Assembly (NCBI GenBank): GCA_963741025.1
Contig: CAVUGW010000027.1
Coordinates: 3,589-67,588, forward strand
DNA from: Methanomassiliicoccaceae archaeon
GTDB taxonomy: Archaea; Thermoplasmatota; Thermoplasmata; Methanomassiliicoccales; Methanomassiliicoccaceae
Length of the DNA stretch: 64,000 bases
Direction: 5' to 3'
Of this stretch, positions 21,974 through 31,949 are shown piece by piece. Position numbers and translations under genes: made by a program. The notes under the pieces are model-generated. The model did no database searches, was not told the DNA's origin, and worked only from the letters and a program-made list of their open reading frames with translations. How positions within the stretch are numbered: position 1 is the stretch's first letter; the number at the start of each line of letters is the position of its first letter.

Positions 21974-22305
21974 GTGAACTACCCTGCCCTTGCGGGCGAA
22001 GCTACTTGCCTCGTCCGGTCGGCTTGCAGAGCGTCATCGACGGTTGTATATGTCCAACCCCAAGCGTGAGCTCCGGTGGTTCCGATCCTACATTCCATTG
22101 CTCTCTTTGTTAGGATAAAGACGTAACATGCGGCCCAGCAACGTTTCAACTTACGTACCGAGCGAACTTGCATATGAACGTCTTTCGGTGGGTAGAGCAA
22201 AAGTGCATATCAACCGGTCCATTCTGACGGCGTTCTGACGAGGTTTCACACTTGCTAGCTCCCATTCACTGGCTGGTGCAGGGGGACCTCCCGCTCGCAA
22301 TAGTT
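21974..22305 (-). repeat. Copy A of the intergenic repeat family (332 nt)
   Basis: Minus-sense 5' end AACTATTGCGAGC and 3' end GGGTAGTTCAC. Collinear conserved blocks with copies B-E. The track ORF 21979-22200 inside it is not conserved as a protein. Confidence 0.7.
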
Positions 22306-22401
22306 AAGAATATTTACCCTGTCCAAGCCCCATGAACAATGTCATAAAAAATATCCGCTAGATGGCCATGAAATGATCTGCAAGTACGGATAGGAAATGA
22401 G

Positions 22402-22488
22402 CGCCGAGGGGGAGATTCGAACTCCCGTGGTACAGAGTACCACCGGCTCTCAAGGCCGGCGCCGTGATCCGGGCTTAGCTACCTCGGC
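22402..22488 (-). tRNA. tRNA-Ser (anticodon TGA)
   Basis: Acceptor GCCGAGG/CCTCGGC, anticodon loop CTTGAGA, long variable arm TGGTACTCTGTACCAC, T loop TTCGAAT. Confidence 0.9.
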
Positions 22489-22531
22489 TCAAGTATAGCA
22501 CCTGATGATCATCCTGCTCTTATGTTTTCTC

Positions 22532-24187
22532 CTAAGCGAGCCGTTTCATCTTTCCGCTGGTCATCGAGGCCACGTCAAGCTCGAACGCCGTTATCGGATA
22601 TCCTAGCTCAAAGTTAGTAATTACCTCTGGATGGATTCCCCCAACGTACCTATCCTCTTGCCATCCATAAGTACATCAGCACCCCTGCCATCGATGAAAG
22701 TTCCGCAGGACGAGGGCGCTAATGTTCCTTTGACCGATAGGTCCCTCAACAGGCTCTCCACCAATGACTTGATCTCGGTGAACGATGATCTCGAATGCAC
22801 AGATACGCCGGCGATCTGCTTCGACCTTACCATCCCTGTCATAATATCTCCGACCTCGAAGACCTTTTGCGGGAGGTCCCTATGCTTGCTCTTTCGCAGC
22901 ACGCTCATGAGGCTTGGGAGCAATCTAACACGAAGACATGTATGTTCCTCAGAGATGGGATTCATCACCGACACCACCTCTTCCTCTGGCAACCTCATCT
23001 TGGTGAACTGATCGGCCTCGTTCGTCAACATGAGCGTCGTCGCCTCCAGATAGCCATGCCCGATCATTATCTGGCGAAGAATATCGGCCGCGTGCTCGAT
23101 CTCTCCTGATCTCGCCGAACGTCTGGACCTTAGGCAATGATAAACCGTAGTTCTCGTAACCATACCCTTTGGCCACATCTTCCATGAGATCGACCGGATG
23201 AAGTATGTCCAGCCGGGTCGCTGGGGAAAGAACGTCCAAGAACCCTCCCTTTACCGAGCAACCAAAACCCATCCTTTCGAGGCTTTCCGCGGTCTGTTCC
23301 GCCGTGAGCTGCGAACCAAGCCATGAATTGCAATCTTTGATATCAAGGCTCCATTTTGTCGGTTCAAGGACCGGAGCTCTGAAATGCGCAAGGCCTTTGA
23401 CCTCGACCGTTCCGATCCTTCCACCTCTCTCAGCAATGGCGGTCGCGACGATGTTCAGGGCACCAGACACTGCCTTCCGGTCGGTCCCGGTGACATCGAG
23501 TAGAACGTTCTTGGTCGAATCCGTGATCATTGTGAGCGTTCCATTGATGATCGGTGGGAACGAGAGAACCTGGTCCATCGAATCCACGAGCAGGGGATAG
23601 TTCTCCTTTCCTTCGAGAATATATGCATAATCTTTCCCCTTCTCATGTTCCTCGAGGATCTCTTCAAGGTCCATCCTCTTGGTCTTGCCCAAGGGAACGA
23701 ACGATGCCGATCTTGGATGGACCGCTTTGAAAGTGAAAGGGGGTGTCACCTTATCCAGGTCATGGACACCGATCGATACCTTTGACCTCTTCCGCCCCAT
23801 CGTCAGATGCAATTTCTCTTGCAGTTCCATAAGGGAACGGATAAGATGGTCCGACATCCTGACGTCCCTGACGACACCGGCAACCATGAAAGGACGCACG
23901 TTTCGAACGCTCTCATCGAGATGCAGGACGATACCAGAATCCTCGAGGGGATATGTCCTGAGGCCCTTCTCAATGCCCAAGAAGGTCCTCAATGCCCGGG
24001 CAGCCCCTTCAACGCTGTAAAGGTCCGGGCGGTCCGGAAAGAACTCTATCGATATTGACCCGCTCTCCCTATCGTACGAATGTAGGTCCGCTCCGAGCAT
24101 GGGGATCTTTTCGAGAAGTGTATCGATAGGGACCTCCTTGCCTAGTAGGTCGGTAAGATCATCGTACTGGAAAGTAACAACTGGCAT
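22532..24187 (-). CDS. pheT: Phenylalanine--tRNA ligase beta subunit (archaeal type); frame breaks near 23110 and 22640
   Basis: MPVVTFQYDDLTDLLGK.. N-terminus; B3/4 and B5 domains in ORF 22949-24187. The catalytic-like C-terminal domain lies in ORF 22621-23178. The tail GEIHPEVITNFELGYPITAFELD is in a third frame, ending at 22532. Confidence 0.9.
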
Positions 24188-24208
24188 CCAGGCGGCGATA
24201 GGAATGAG

Positions 24209-24455
24209 ACTATTTTAACCTTAGCGAGCAAAAAGATCCCCGGCCTTAGCTGGGGGGCGATCGAACGGAACGACATGGTTCCAGAACACGCTTTGGAACC
24301 TGCGGTCCGCGGAATACAACTAGGTACTTCGGTCCATCCTGTCGAAGGACGGTCATAATGGAAGAAAGAGGATATGCCTCACGATGATTGGGTATCTCAG
24401 ATCGATGATCATTCCCTTCTTGCCCTCGCATGCCGCCATACATCAGGGTCAACGA
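24209..24455 (+). repeat. Copy E of the intergenic repeat family (plus orientation, shorter and more divergent)
   Basis: ACTATT..GCGAGCAA..AGCTGGGG..GCGA.CGAAC..TCCATCCTGTC appear in the same order and similar spacing as minus-sense copy B. It fills the whole pheT-dehydrogenase spacer. Confidence 0.45.
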
Positions 24456-24457
24456 TG

Positions 24458-25417
24458 TTATCTGGTAGCCTGCCCTCGAGCACAGTTCACGAGGTTCTTG
24501 GCAGCAATGATGGACATCCTTTCCCTCGCCTCGAACGTTGCACTTCCGATATGCGGGGTCAAGACCACATTATCTAGATCGGCCAGGCCTGGAGAAAGGC
24601 TAGGTTCGTTCTCATAAACGTCCAGTGCGGCCCCCGCTATCTTACCATCCTTTAAAGCCTTTACGAGGGCCCCCTCATCGATGATCTTACCCCTAGAGGT
24701 GTTGACCAGTATCGTCGTAGGTCCCATCAAAGAAAGCTCTCTTTCACCGATCATGTGGAAGGTCATATCGGACAAAGGTACGTGCAGCGATATGAAGTCC
24801 GATCTTCCCAAGAGCTCGTCCAGCGTGACAAGTTCAGCACCCACCTCATCTTCTCTAGCACTTCTTGTTCTATTGTGGTAAAGGACCCTCATGCCAAAGC
24901 CCTTCGCCCTTCTCGCGACGGCCGCTCCGATGTCCCCCATCCCGATTATCCCGATCGTTCTTCCCGCGACCTCTCTGCCGAGGAACAGTTCAGGTGACCA
25001 TCCTTTGAAGTTTCCCCTCCGGACATACGTATCGGACGATGGAACCTTTCTTGCACAGGCCATCAATAATGCCCAAGTGAGGTCTGCCGTGGCCTCCCGA
25101 AGTACGCCAGGTGTGTTCGTTACAACTATCCCGTTCTTGGTCGCAGCACTAACATCTATGTTGTTGAAACCAACTGAGTAGGCCGATACCGCAAGGAGCT
25201 TTCTTGCCGAATCGATCAATCCAGCATCCATCACATCGTCCAGCATGCAAATGATCCCTTGGACATCAGGCACTCTCTCCAAGAGGGCCTCCCTTGACAT
25301 TGGAACATCTCCGCCGAAAACTTCGACCTCCGCTACCTTTTCCAAAAGCTCCAGGCCCTTCTTCGGTATACGGCGGGTCACCAGTACCTTATGCTCGATC
25401 ATAACCCACACTGCCAA
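24458..25417 (-). CDS. D-2-hydroxyacid dehydrogenase (glyoxylate/hydroxypyruvate reductase type)
   Basis: NAD-binding GIIGMGDIGAAVARRA, and catalytic R..E..H in NTSRG..DE..L..AALDV..EP..TPHIGSAT. Confidence 0.85.
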   Translation of the reverse strand: MAVWVMIEHKVLVTRRIPKKGLELLEKVAEVEVFGGDVPMSREALLERVPDVQGIICMLDDVMDAGLIDSARKLLAVSAYSVGFNNIDVSAATKNGIVVTNTPGVLREATADLTWALLMACARKVPSSDTYVRRGNFKGWSPELFLGREVAGRTIGIIGMGDIGAAVARRAKGFGMRVLYHNRTRSAREDEVGAELVTLDELLGRSDFISLHVPLSDMTFHMIGERELSLMGPTTILVNTSRGKIIDEGALVKALKDGKIAGAALDVYENEPSLSPGLADLDNVVLTPHIGSATFEARERMSIIAAKNLVNCARGQATR

Positions 25418-25429
25418 GATCGGACGATC

Positions 25430-26578
25430 CTACCTTCCCAGTTCCTCATGCGCACTGGCGAGATGGCCTGCCGTCTGGGCCGAGAGGGTGGAGAGCTCCC
25501 CTGCTAGAACTATCGCGCCCACTATCTCCGCGAGCTTGATCGAACGACCTTCACCGAGGCAGTCGATCATCTTCAGAGCTTCTTGCTGGCATGGTAATCT
25601 CGTTCCACCGCCCACCGTTCCCACCTCGACACACGGAAGTCTCACCGAGATATAGAGGTCATCGTCGACCATTTCACAGGTCGTCGTTCCCATGCTTCCT
25701 TCGACCACCTGTGCAGGGTCCTGTCCTGTTGCTATGTATATTGCGGCCAGCATGTTCGCGACGTGGGCGTTCGAACCGAACGAGCACGAAAGGGAGCTGC
25801 CAACCTGACATTTTCTATAGCATGTTTCGAACACCGACCCGGGCGAGCAGTGCATTTTATCCTCCAACACTTTCTCCGGAACGCGAACATCGGCAAGGAC
25901 CATCTTTCCGCGGCCGAGGATGGCGTCGATCGCTGCGGGCTTTTTGTCGACGCAAACGTTTCCGGATACCGATATCAGGACCGCCCCTGTCTCTCTCTCG
26001 ATCAAATGGGCCAGCGTCTCTGAGGCGATCGTAGCCATGTTCATTCCCATCGCATCACCTGTTTCGTAGGCGAACCTTATGAAAAGGGACCTCCCCACGA
26101 TGAACGGTTGTGCGGCCTTTAGCCTGCCATGTCTTGTAGTTTTCTCTGTCTCCTTCTTCAGGAGGTCCAGGTTCTTTTCTACCCAGATCGAGACCTCGTT
26201 GCCGTGACCAACGTCCCTGACCCTGAACACCGGTGCCCTTGTCATATGGTCCTGTACGACGATCGATTTCGCACCGCCCGAGGCAGTTATCACGGAGCAA
26301 CCCCGGTTGACGCTCGCCAATAAAGCTCCTTCGGTCGTTGCCATGGGGACCAGGAACTCCCCCTGTGCGGACGCACCGTTAACTTTCAACGGACCGGCGA
26401 ACCCAAGAGGGACCTGGACACAGCCTATCATGTTCTCGATGTTCTTCTCTGCCATGATGGGATCGAAGGAGATGGAGGCAATGTTGTTCAATTTGGTCCC
26501 GGTATGCTCCTCGACCGCTTTCCTTCTGTCCTCAACATCCTCCTTTCTCCTTCCTCTGTTCTTTAGCCCCTGGTTCAT
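25430..26578 (-). CDS. hmgA: Hydroxymethylglutaryl-CoA reductase
   Basis: Motifs ENMIGCVQVPLG, TTEGALLASVNRG, DAMGMNM, GTVGGGT. Confidence 0.9.
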   Translation of the reverse strand: MNQGLKNRGRRKEDVEDRRKAVEEHTGTKLNNIASISFDPIMAEKNIENMIGCVQVPLGFAGPLKVNGASAQGEFLVPMATTEGALLASVNRGCSVITASGGAKSIVVQDHMTRAPVFRVRDVGHGNEVSIWVEKNLDLLKKETEKTTRHGRLKAAQPFIVGRSLFIRFAYETGDAMGMNMATIASETLAHLIERETGAVLISVSGNVCVDKKPAAIDAILGRGKMVLADVRVPEKVLEDKMHCSPGSVFETCYRKCQVGSSLSCSFGSNAHVANMLAAIYIATGQDPAQVVEGSMGTTTCEMVDDDLYISVRLPCVEVGTVGGGTRLPCQQEALKMIDCLGEGRSIKLAEIVGAIVLAGELSTLSAQTAGHLASAHEELGR

Positions 26579-26673
26579 CTGATCGGCGGATATTGGCGAT
26601 CTAGATTAATAATGCGGTAGGTCAGAAGGATGGCGAAGGGGCCGGCATTTCCGAAATAAATGAGGGCATGTGT

Positions 26674-26965
26674 TCAGATCGTCCACGGACGGTAGTACCA
26701 TGATATGACAATGATATAGATGATCAGATGTAATATCAATAGGACGGGGACCAGTAAGAACTTTCTTTTTCTCGTTTTATGCCTCAACGTTTTTCATGGC
26801 GATATATGAACCGAAAGGTGCGAACAAAGATAGCTCGAGCAAGCGCGATTCTGGGACCCTCCACTTGTTCTTTCTCGCCCGTCCTTTGTCAATAAGGAAC
26901 ACCGAGAACGAGACCAGATTGAGGACCATGATCCCCAGAGCGATCGATAGCAACCACGATATCAC
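26674..26965 (-). CDS. DUF1294-family small membrane protein; frame break in an A5 run near 26795
   Basis: DKGRARKNKWRVPESRLL..FGSYIAMK, then in a shifted frame LRHKTRKRKFLLVPVLLILHL.. ending at 26674. Confidence 0.6.
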
Positions 26966-27134
26966 GGTCCACCCTGCCCGGTCAGCCCATATACGCGTTC
27001 GTATTTATGAAGATCGAACATTTTCCATCAAGGATGGTCATTACAAACAAGTGGAGATGTGGCATCCTCTATTGAACGAAAAATCATCCTTTTCCCGCAC
27101 ATGATTTATAACACCTGATCATAATTTTCACGAC

Positions 27135-27665
27135 ATGACGACCACTGGACCGCCATATCAACCTCCTGCGTCACCTCCACCGTATCCATATGCGCCCTAC
27201 CCAACGCGCATGAGGAGACCGGTTGGGGTTACCATCCTGGCGGTTCTTGATATCATCGCGGGGATTATAGTTCTTCTGGGGGCCATCGGGGCGTTCGTTC
27301 TGGCTGGATACTTATCATCATCGACCGTGAAACAGAACCTTCAACAACATCTCCCGACCTGGTTCCTGAACATTGCCCCGGTGGCCATGGCGGCGTTAGG
27401 AATGATCCTCCTCGTGATCGCGATCATCATATTCCTGGTCGCAAGGGGCTTTTTGAAGGGAAGGAACTGGTCCAGGGTCCTTGCCATCGTCCTACTGGTG
27501 TTGTCGATCATCTCCTCGGTGTTCGACCTGATAGCGACAGCAACGTTCATACCGGGAGCACTCATCAGGTTCCTAATAGCGATCATCATACCGGTCCTGT
27601 TGATAATATATCTCACAAGACCTGGTGTGAAGGCTTGGTTCCATCAACCTAGGACGTACTATTGA
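27135..27665 (+). CDS. Membrane protein with Pro-rich N-terminus (4 TM)
   Basis: PPYQPPASPPPYPYAPYP followed by four hydrophobic segments. Confidence 0.5.
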   Translation: MTTTGPPYQPPASPPPYPYAPYPTRMRRPVGVTILAVLDIIAGIIVLLGAIGAFVLAGYLSSSTVKQNLQQHLPTWFLNIAPVAMAALGMILLVIAIIIFLVARGFLKGRNWSRVLAIVLLVLSIISSVFDLIATATFIPGALIRFLIAIIIPVLLIIYLTRPGVKAWFHQPRTYY

Positions 27666-27696
27666 GAGGGAACGGGAAGGGGCGATCATCGGGCCC

Positions 27697-28582
27697 TCAT
27701 ATCTTAGGGGCCTCTTTGATGTAGGTGTCCTCACCGATCTCCCGCAATGCGGTCTGGACCTCCTCCCTTGTGTTCATTACCACCGGCCCACCCCATGCTA
27801 CCGGTTCCTTAAGAGGGCTGCCATTGGCCAAAAGGAACCTTGCTCCCGATGGGGCAGACACCAAAAGAACCTCCTCCCCATCACCGAGGACCGCTGTCAT
27901 CCCCTCGCTCACCTCCCTGCTGTGTTCTTTTCCGATGGAAAGGACCCCTTCAAGCATATAGACAAAAGAGCTTGCCCCCTTCGAGATGGGGATGCGAAGT
28001 GATTTCTCCTGCATCATCGTGACGTCCGCCAAGCTCACGTCCATGGGCATATTCATTACGGGGCCAGAAAAACCGTTCATGACCCCGATGAGGACATCGA
28101 TGCTCACATTCTTAGTAGGTATGTACCTTTTGATTCTCCCCTGCCTTAACGTTCCGATATGCTGGCCTTGACATCTTTTTGGAGGCCGGCAGATTTATCC
28201 ATAGTTGTAGGCCCCATAGCCCTCCTTCCGAAGCTTGAGGCATCTCTTGGTGGATTATACCACTACCTGCGGACATCCACTGTAGGTCTCCAGTGGAGAT
28301 CAGGCCCCTGTTCCCCAGACTGTCCCCGTGCTCCATCATTCCTTTGATCATGTATGTTACGGTTTGGATCCCCCGATGGGGGTGGAGGGGGAACCCGGCC
28401 ATGTAATCAGCGGGATCGTTCGAATGAAAATCATCCAGTAATAGGAACGGGTCCAAAATATCTACCTCTTCTGGACCGAACGCCCTGTTTATCTTGACCC
28501 CGGCGCCTTCCATCGTTGGGCGACCAATGAGAACCTTACGTACCCTACTTTGCTGCTTGACTTCCTCCTTCATGCGATTCAA
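27697..28582 (-). CDS. Pirin-family bicupin protein; frame break near 28108-28114
   Basis: N-terminal cupin FPLHPHRGIQTVTYMIKG..HGDS in ORF 28112-28582. The C-terminal cupin lies in ORF 27697-28107. Confidence 0.85.
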
Positions 28583-28822
28583 TACGAACCAGCTGTTATT
28601 TATTCGTTTGAGATCGGCCGCTCGATACGTGATCGCTTATTAGGCTCATTTCCAAAAATGGCAGGGAAATAAGATCATGCCCAGTTCTCTGAGGTCCCCA
28701 AAGGTACAAGATCAGTATGTATTATTATGAATGGCGCCATATCAACAAAACGAACCGGATCTGTCCTCTTATATGGGCATGGAAAGTTTTAAAATGGTTT
28801 GTACCATTCCCATGGAGCACAA

Positions 28823-28900
28823 GGGCCCATAGCTTAGCCTGGCTGGAGCGCCCGGCTGATAACCGGGAGGTCAAGAGTCCAAATCTCTTTGGGCCCACCA
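28823..28900 (+). tRNA. tRNA-Ile (anticodon GAT), CCA encoded; integration target
   Basis: Full hand fold: acceptor GGGCCCA/TGGGCCC, anticodon stem CCCGG/CCGGG, loop CTGATAA, T stem AAGAG/CTCTT, ACCA end. Confidence 0.9.
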
Positions 28901-28947
28901 TTCATGTCCAGCAGTTTCGAGGTTGCGAAGAACCTTCTGCGATCCAC

Positions 28948-29940
28948 TTATCGACTGATGAGCAGGTCCCGCCGGTACATTTTCACCGGCAAGGGGTTCT
29001 CTCTCATCGATGCTCTTACTGTTTCTAGATACGAAGCGTACTTCTCCTGCGCCCGCTCGAGCTTCTTGACCGTCCGGCCGAGATAGATCGCTCGTCTGCT
29101 TGAGGTCCGCATGCCCGAGCATGTCCGAGATGTCCTCGATCGGGACCTCCGCTTCGTCCATCATCATCGCTCCGGACCTCCGGAGCACATGGTCCGACAC
29201 ACACTCCTCCGGGACCCCTGCACGCTCTGCTACGGTCTTGAGCATCGCATCGATCGCGGTGTCCTGGTACGCGCCGAGCTTCCACCCGTACTGAGCGTAG
29301 ACGAGGAACTGCTGCGGCACCGGCTGCTCCGGCCTTCTCGATAAGGCGGCGGAGATGGTCCGCTCCCGGATCTCCTGATAGTACGACAGCTCCTGCAGCG
29401 TATCGATCGCCCAGGGGATGTTCCGCCACTTGCCGCCGGCCTGACCCTTGCCGAGCACGTTGATCAGGTTCAGCTGCACATCCTGCAGCGTGAGCCGCTT
29501 GACCTCGATCCTGCGCATCAGCAGCATGAGCTCGAGGTGCAGCAGGTCACTCTCGAGGCCCTGTGCCGCATCGAGCATCGCGATGCACTGCTCCGGAGCG
29601 AGCCACTTCACGTTCAGGCGCTGACCCTTCGGCCAGGGGATGTGCATCTTCTCCACCAGCGTTGTTGTCGTGATGCTTGAGATACTGACCGAAGATCGGC
29701 GATCTCCCGCCTGTTCTCCTTCGGCTCCAGGTGAGCGAGCGTCTCTTCCCTGAGATGGTTGATGCACCTCGCATCGACCTTCGACGGCGTCGCCGCATAT
29801 CCCTCGGCCTCTAGCTCCGAGATCATGCTCATCACGAGCCGCCTGTATTCTGCTCTCGTGTTCTGGTTGGTGCACGGTCTGAGCGCTTCCAACCATTCGT
29901 CCACTAGCGAGCTGAGGTACCTCGTTCGATTGTTGGGCAT
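28948..29940 (-). CDS. Tyrosine recombinase / integrase; at least 2 frame breaks
   Basis: N-terminal SAM-like domain in ORF 29614-29940 (MPNNRTRYLSSLVDEWLEAL..). The core domain lies in ORF 28871-30034 (..LRRSGAMMM..LGHADLKQTS). The tail AIYLGRTVKKLERAQEKY.. is in a third frame, with its stop at 28948. Confidence 0.8.
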
Positions 29941-30034
29941 CCTCAGTCCGCCCCTGTGATAGTGATGATAAAATTAAATCTTGCCGAATGAAAAGCGGCG
30001 TCGACGTTGAAGTGCATCCCATCCCCCCTGACAT

Positions 30035-30331
30035 TCAGCTGTCACTCTCCGGAACCCCGAAACCGACGTCCGTCAGGTCATGGCCTTCCGCCTCAACGGC
30101 GATCGCGGCGATCTCCCTGCGTATCAGCGGATCCTTGAGGAGCTCGATGAGCTCCGACGAGATCTTTGCACGGAGGCACTTGGAGCAGTAGGCCTCTACA
30201 GGACCGCCGCATGCTTCGCACCGATGCGAGGGTGGGAGCTCTCGGTCCTTGTTCCTCGATAGGTTCGAGGCGGTCGTGAACTCGCTCGCGGCCGACCGTC
30301 CGTTCAAGGTCTTCTGCTCGACCATGTTCAT
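30035..30331 (-). CDS. Small protein with CxxC..CxxC zinc-finger motif (98 aa)
   Basis: HRCEACGGPVEAYCSKC. The start ATG overlaps the upstream stop (ATGA at 30328-30331). Confidence 0.5.
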   Translation of the reverse strand: MNMVEQKTLNGRSAASEFTTASNLSRNKDRELPPSHRCEACGGPVEAYCSKCLRAKISSELIELLKDPLIRREIAAIAVEAEGHDLTDVGFGVPESDS

Positions 30332-30545
30332 CCGCTCCTGTAGAGCTTCAGAGACTCTTCGATCGCCTTCGAGTATCCCTTCATCGCTTCGGCGAGGTCC
30401 AGCTTCGCGTGGATCTCCGGAACACCACAGGCAAGGCAGTTCCGTGTTATCGAGCAGGTCTTCCACCTAGCTTGCATCGATAGCCCTTGCCCTCGTCCAG
30501 GACCATATACTCCTTGTCCATGCGGTCCAACATGTCGGCCATCAT
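30328..30545 (-). CDS. One or two very small ORFs (32 and 49 aa); frame relationship ambiguous
   Basis: MMADMLDRMDKEYMVLDEGKGYRC.. (30447-30545) and MQARWKTCSITRNCLACGVPE.. (30328-30477) overlap out of frame. Confidence 0.3.
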
Positions 30546-31253
30546 TGCTTGGCCCCCATCCCTTTGACCTTTCCATCCGTTTGGAGGAATATCTGGCACT
30601 TGAAGCATGCCTGATATGGCTTCCCGTCCTTCGTGGTCTTGTTGATGTCCTCGTTCCCACATACGCACCGGAGCCACTTCTTGTTCGTTGCGTCGTACTC
30701 ATCGCCGGCCTTTCGATCATTGTACACTTGTTCCTTGACGACCGATGCATTGACCGGCGGGACCTTCAACGACTGCTCGGAGGCCTTGGCGGCCGACGCC
30801 GCCCTCTTCGCCTCGAGCGCTGTCCTCTCCTCGGCGTTCCATTCTTCGACAGCGGTCTTTATCTCTGTCCTCGCCTGATCAAGGGCCGTGGCGATGTCCC
30901 TCTTCTGAGAAACCAACAACTCGGGTGTGAGCGGGTCCATTTCCAGCTGTACCTCTGGCGTCCAGGACCACAGGCCGTTGTCGCGTATGAAGCCCTTGAG
31001 CCCCACGCTGACGACCTTCATGCCGAGGCCCCCGCAGCGAGCTCGGCCGCCTTCGCGACGAGCTTCCACGTTCCCTCGTTCGGTACGTGCACGACCGTCC
31101 CGAGGACCTTGAGGTTCTCGGTGCCGCGCTCGTGCTCGCACACTTCATACGAATTCGGACACGTCCCCTCGCCTGACGCCCTTGTTCCACACCCTGAGCG
31201 TCATCGCTTTGCCGTCGACGATGACGTGGATTCTCCATCGAGGACATGCTCAA
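30542..31253 (-). CDS. Hypothetical protein with C-terminal zinc ribbon; 2-3 frame breaks in the N-terminal third
   Basis: Reconstructed reading ..RIHVIVDGKAMTLRVWNKG..EVCEHERGTENLKVLGTVVHVPNEGTWKLV..MKVVSVGLKGF.. ends in WLRCVCGNED..YQACFKCQIF. Confidence 0.4.
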
Positions 31254-31474
31254 TAACCCCCAGTTTGCGCAGGGAAGTTATCGAGCCACTTCCTGGCCTC
31301 TTTTGCCTCTTCGATCAGGACGTCCAACTGATGCCCTATCGAGTTGATCTGAGCTCCCCGCTCTAGGTTCAAGGTGATGTTGCCGGTCAGCGCATGACCT
31401 ACCTCACCCTCTAGCTTAAGGGTCAATACCTTTCCCTGGAGCTCATTGACGGCGAAGTCTCGCATCGAGCTCAC
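31250..31474 (-). CDS. Hypothetical small protein (74 aa)
   Basis: ORF with a GTG start overlapping the upstream stop (GTGA). Confidence 0.45.
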   Translation of the reverse strand: MSSMRDFAVNELQGKVLTLKLEGEVGHALTGNITLNLERGAQINSIGHQLDVLIEEAKEARKWLDNFPAQTGGY

Positions 31475-31732
31475 TCCCCCATGATGAACTTCTTATGCTC
31501 CTCGAGCGCGGCCCGGAGGTCCTTGACGCTATTATGAAGCTCATCTAGCTGCTTCTCCATCAGCTTCATGACGTCCAGATGAACCTCCTCGGTGTCAACA
31601 TCGTTCTCATCGTTATGCTCCGGTTCTAGGTCTCGATGTATCGCAGAAGCTGATGAGCTCAAGCGGTTCGCATTGAGCTCGAACCTGATAGGCGAGCTCC
31701 ATCGCCTTGTTATAGGTCTCAGGGGTCTCCAT
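31471..31732 (-). CDS. Hypothetical small acidic protein; probable frame break near 31640
   Basis: METPETYNKAMELAYQVRAQCEPLE (from ATG at 31730-31732) joins ORF 31471-31662 after one frame change. Confidence 0.4.
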
Positions 31733-31734
31733 GT

Positions 31735-31947
31735 TTAAGCCCCCTTCTTGGTCGAGTCCAATCTCTTCGCCATGACCGCCTCGTATCGTGCGAGGAGGTC
31801 CTGCGCGTCCTTGTCGCCGGCCTGGGCCGCCTTGCGGAGCTCGGGGATCCTCTTGAACTTGGAATGATCTATCCCGTGGTAGACCTTGCAGACGTCCTTG
31901 TGCGCCTCCCTGAACGCAGGGATGCTGAGCCTAGGGTCCTTGGCCAT
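31735..31947 (-). CDS. Hypothetical small basic protein (70 aa)
   Basis: ORF lying 2 nt from each neighbouring gene. Confidence 0.5.
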   Translation of the reverse strand: MAKDPRLSIPAFREAHKDVCKVYHGIDHSKFKRIPELRKAAQAGDKDAQDLLARYEAVMAKRLDSTKKGA

Positions 31948-31949
31948 CC

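Noticed and set aside
21979-22200. 73-aa minus-strand ORF (and the analogous 65-aa ORF 48848-49045) as protein-coding genes
   Set aside because: Both lie inside repeat-family copies. The copies differ by 1-2 nt indels that do not preserve any frame. The two ORFs occupy different parts of the element, and there is no start context or known motif.
21974-22305. Repeat copies A and B as RNase P RNA or SRP (7S) RNA, given their ~320 nt size and closing helix
   Set aside because: I could not find the universal RNase P motif GAGGAAAGUCC / ACAGAA..GGCUUA or the SRP helix-8 motif (AGG.CCGGAAGG.AGCA). Those RNAs are single-copy, whereas this sequence family has five members in 64 kb. A covariance-model search is still needed.
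28717-29028. 103-aa plus-strand ORF spanning tRNA-Ile
   Set aside because: It reads straight through a well-folding tRNA gene and the 3' end of the integrase gene, so it is spurious.
30545-31366. 273-aa plus-strand ORF, the longest ORF in the integrase module
   Set aside because: It runs antisense to the tightly packed minus-strand operon in GC-rich DNA, where long shadow ORFs are expected. It has low-complexity Arg/Leu/Pro-rich composition and no motif.
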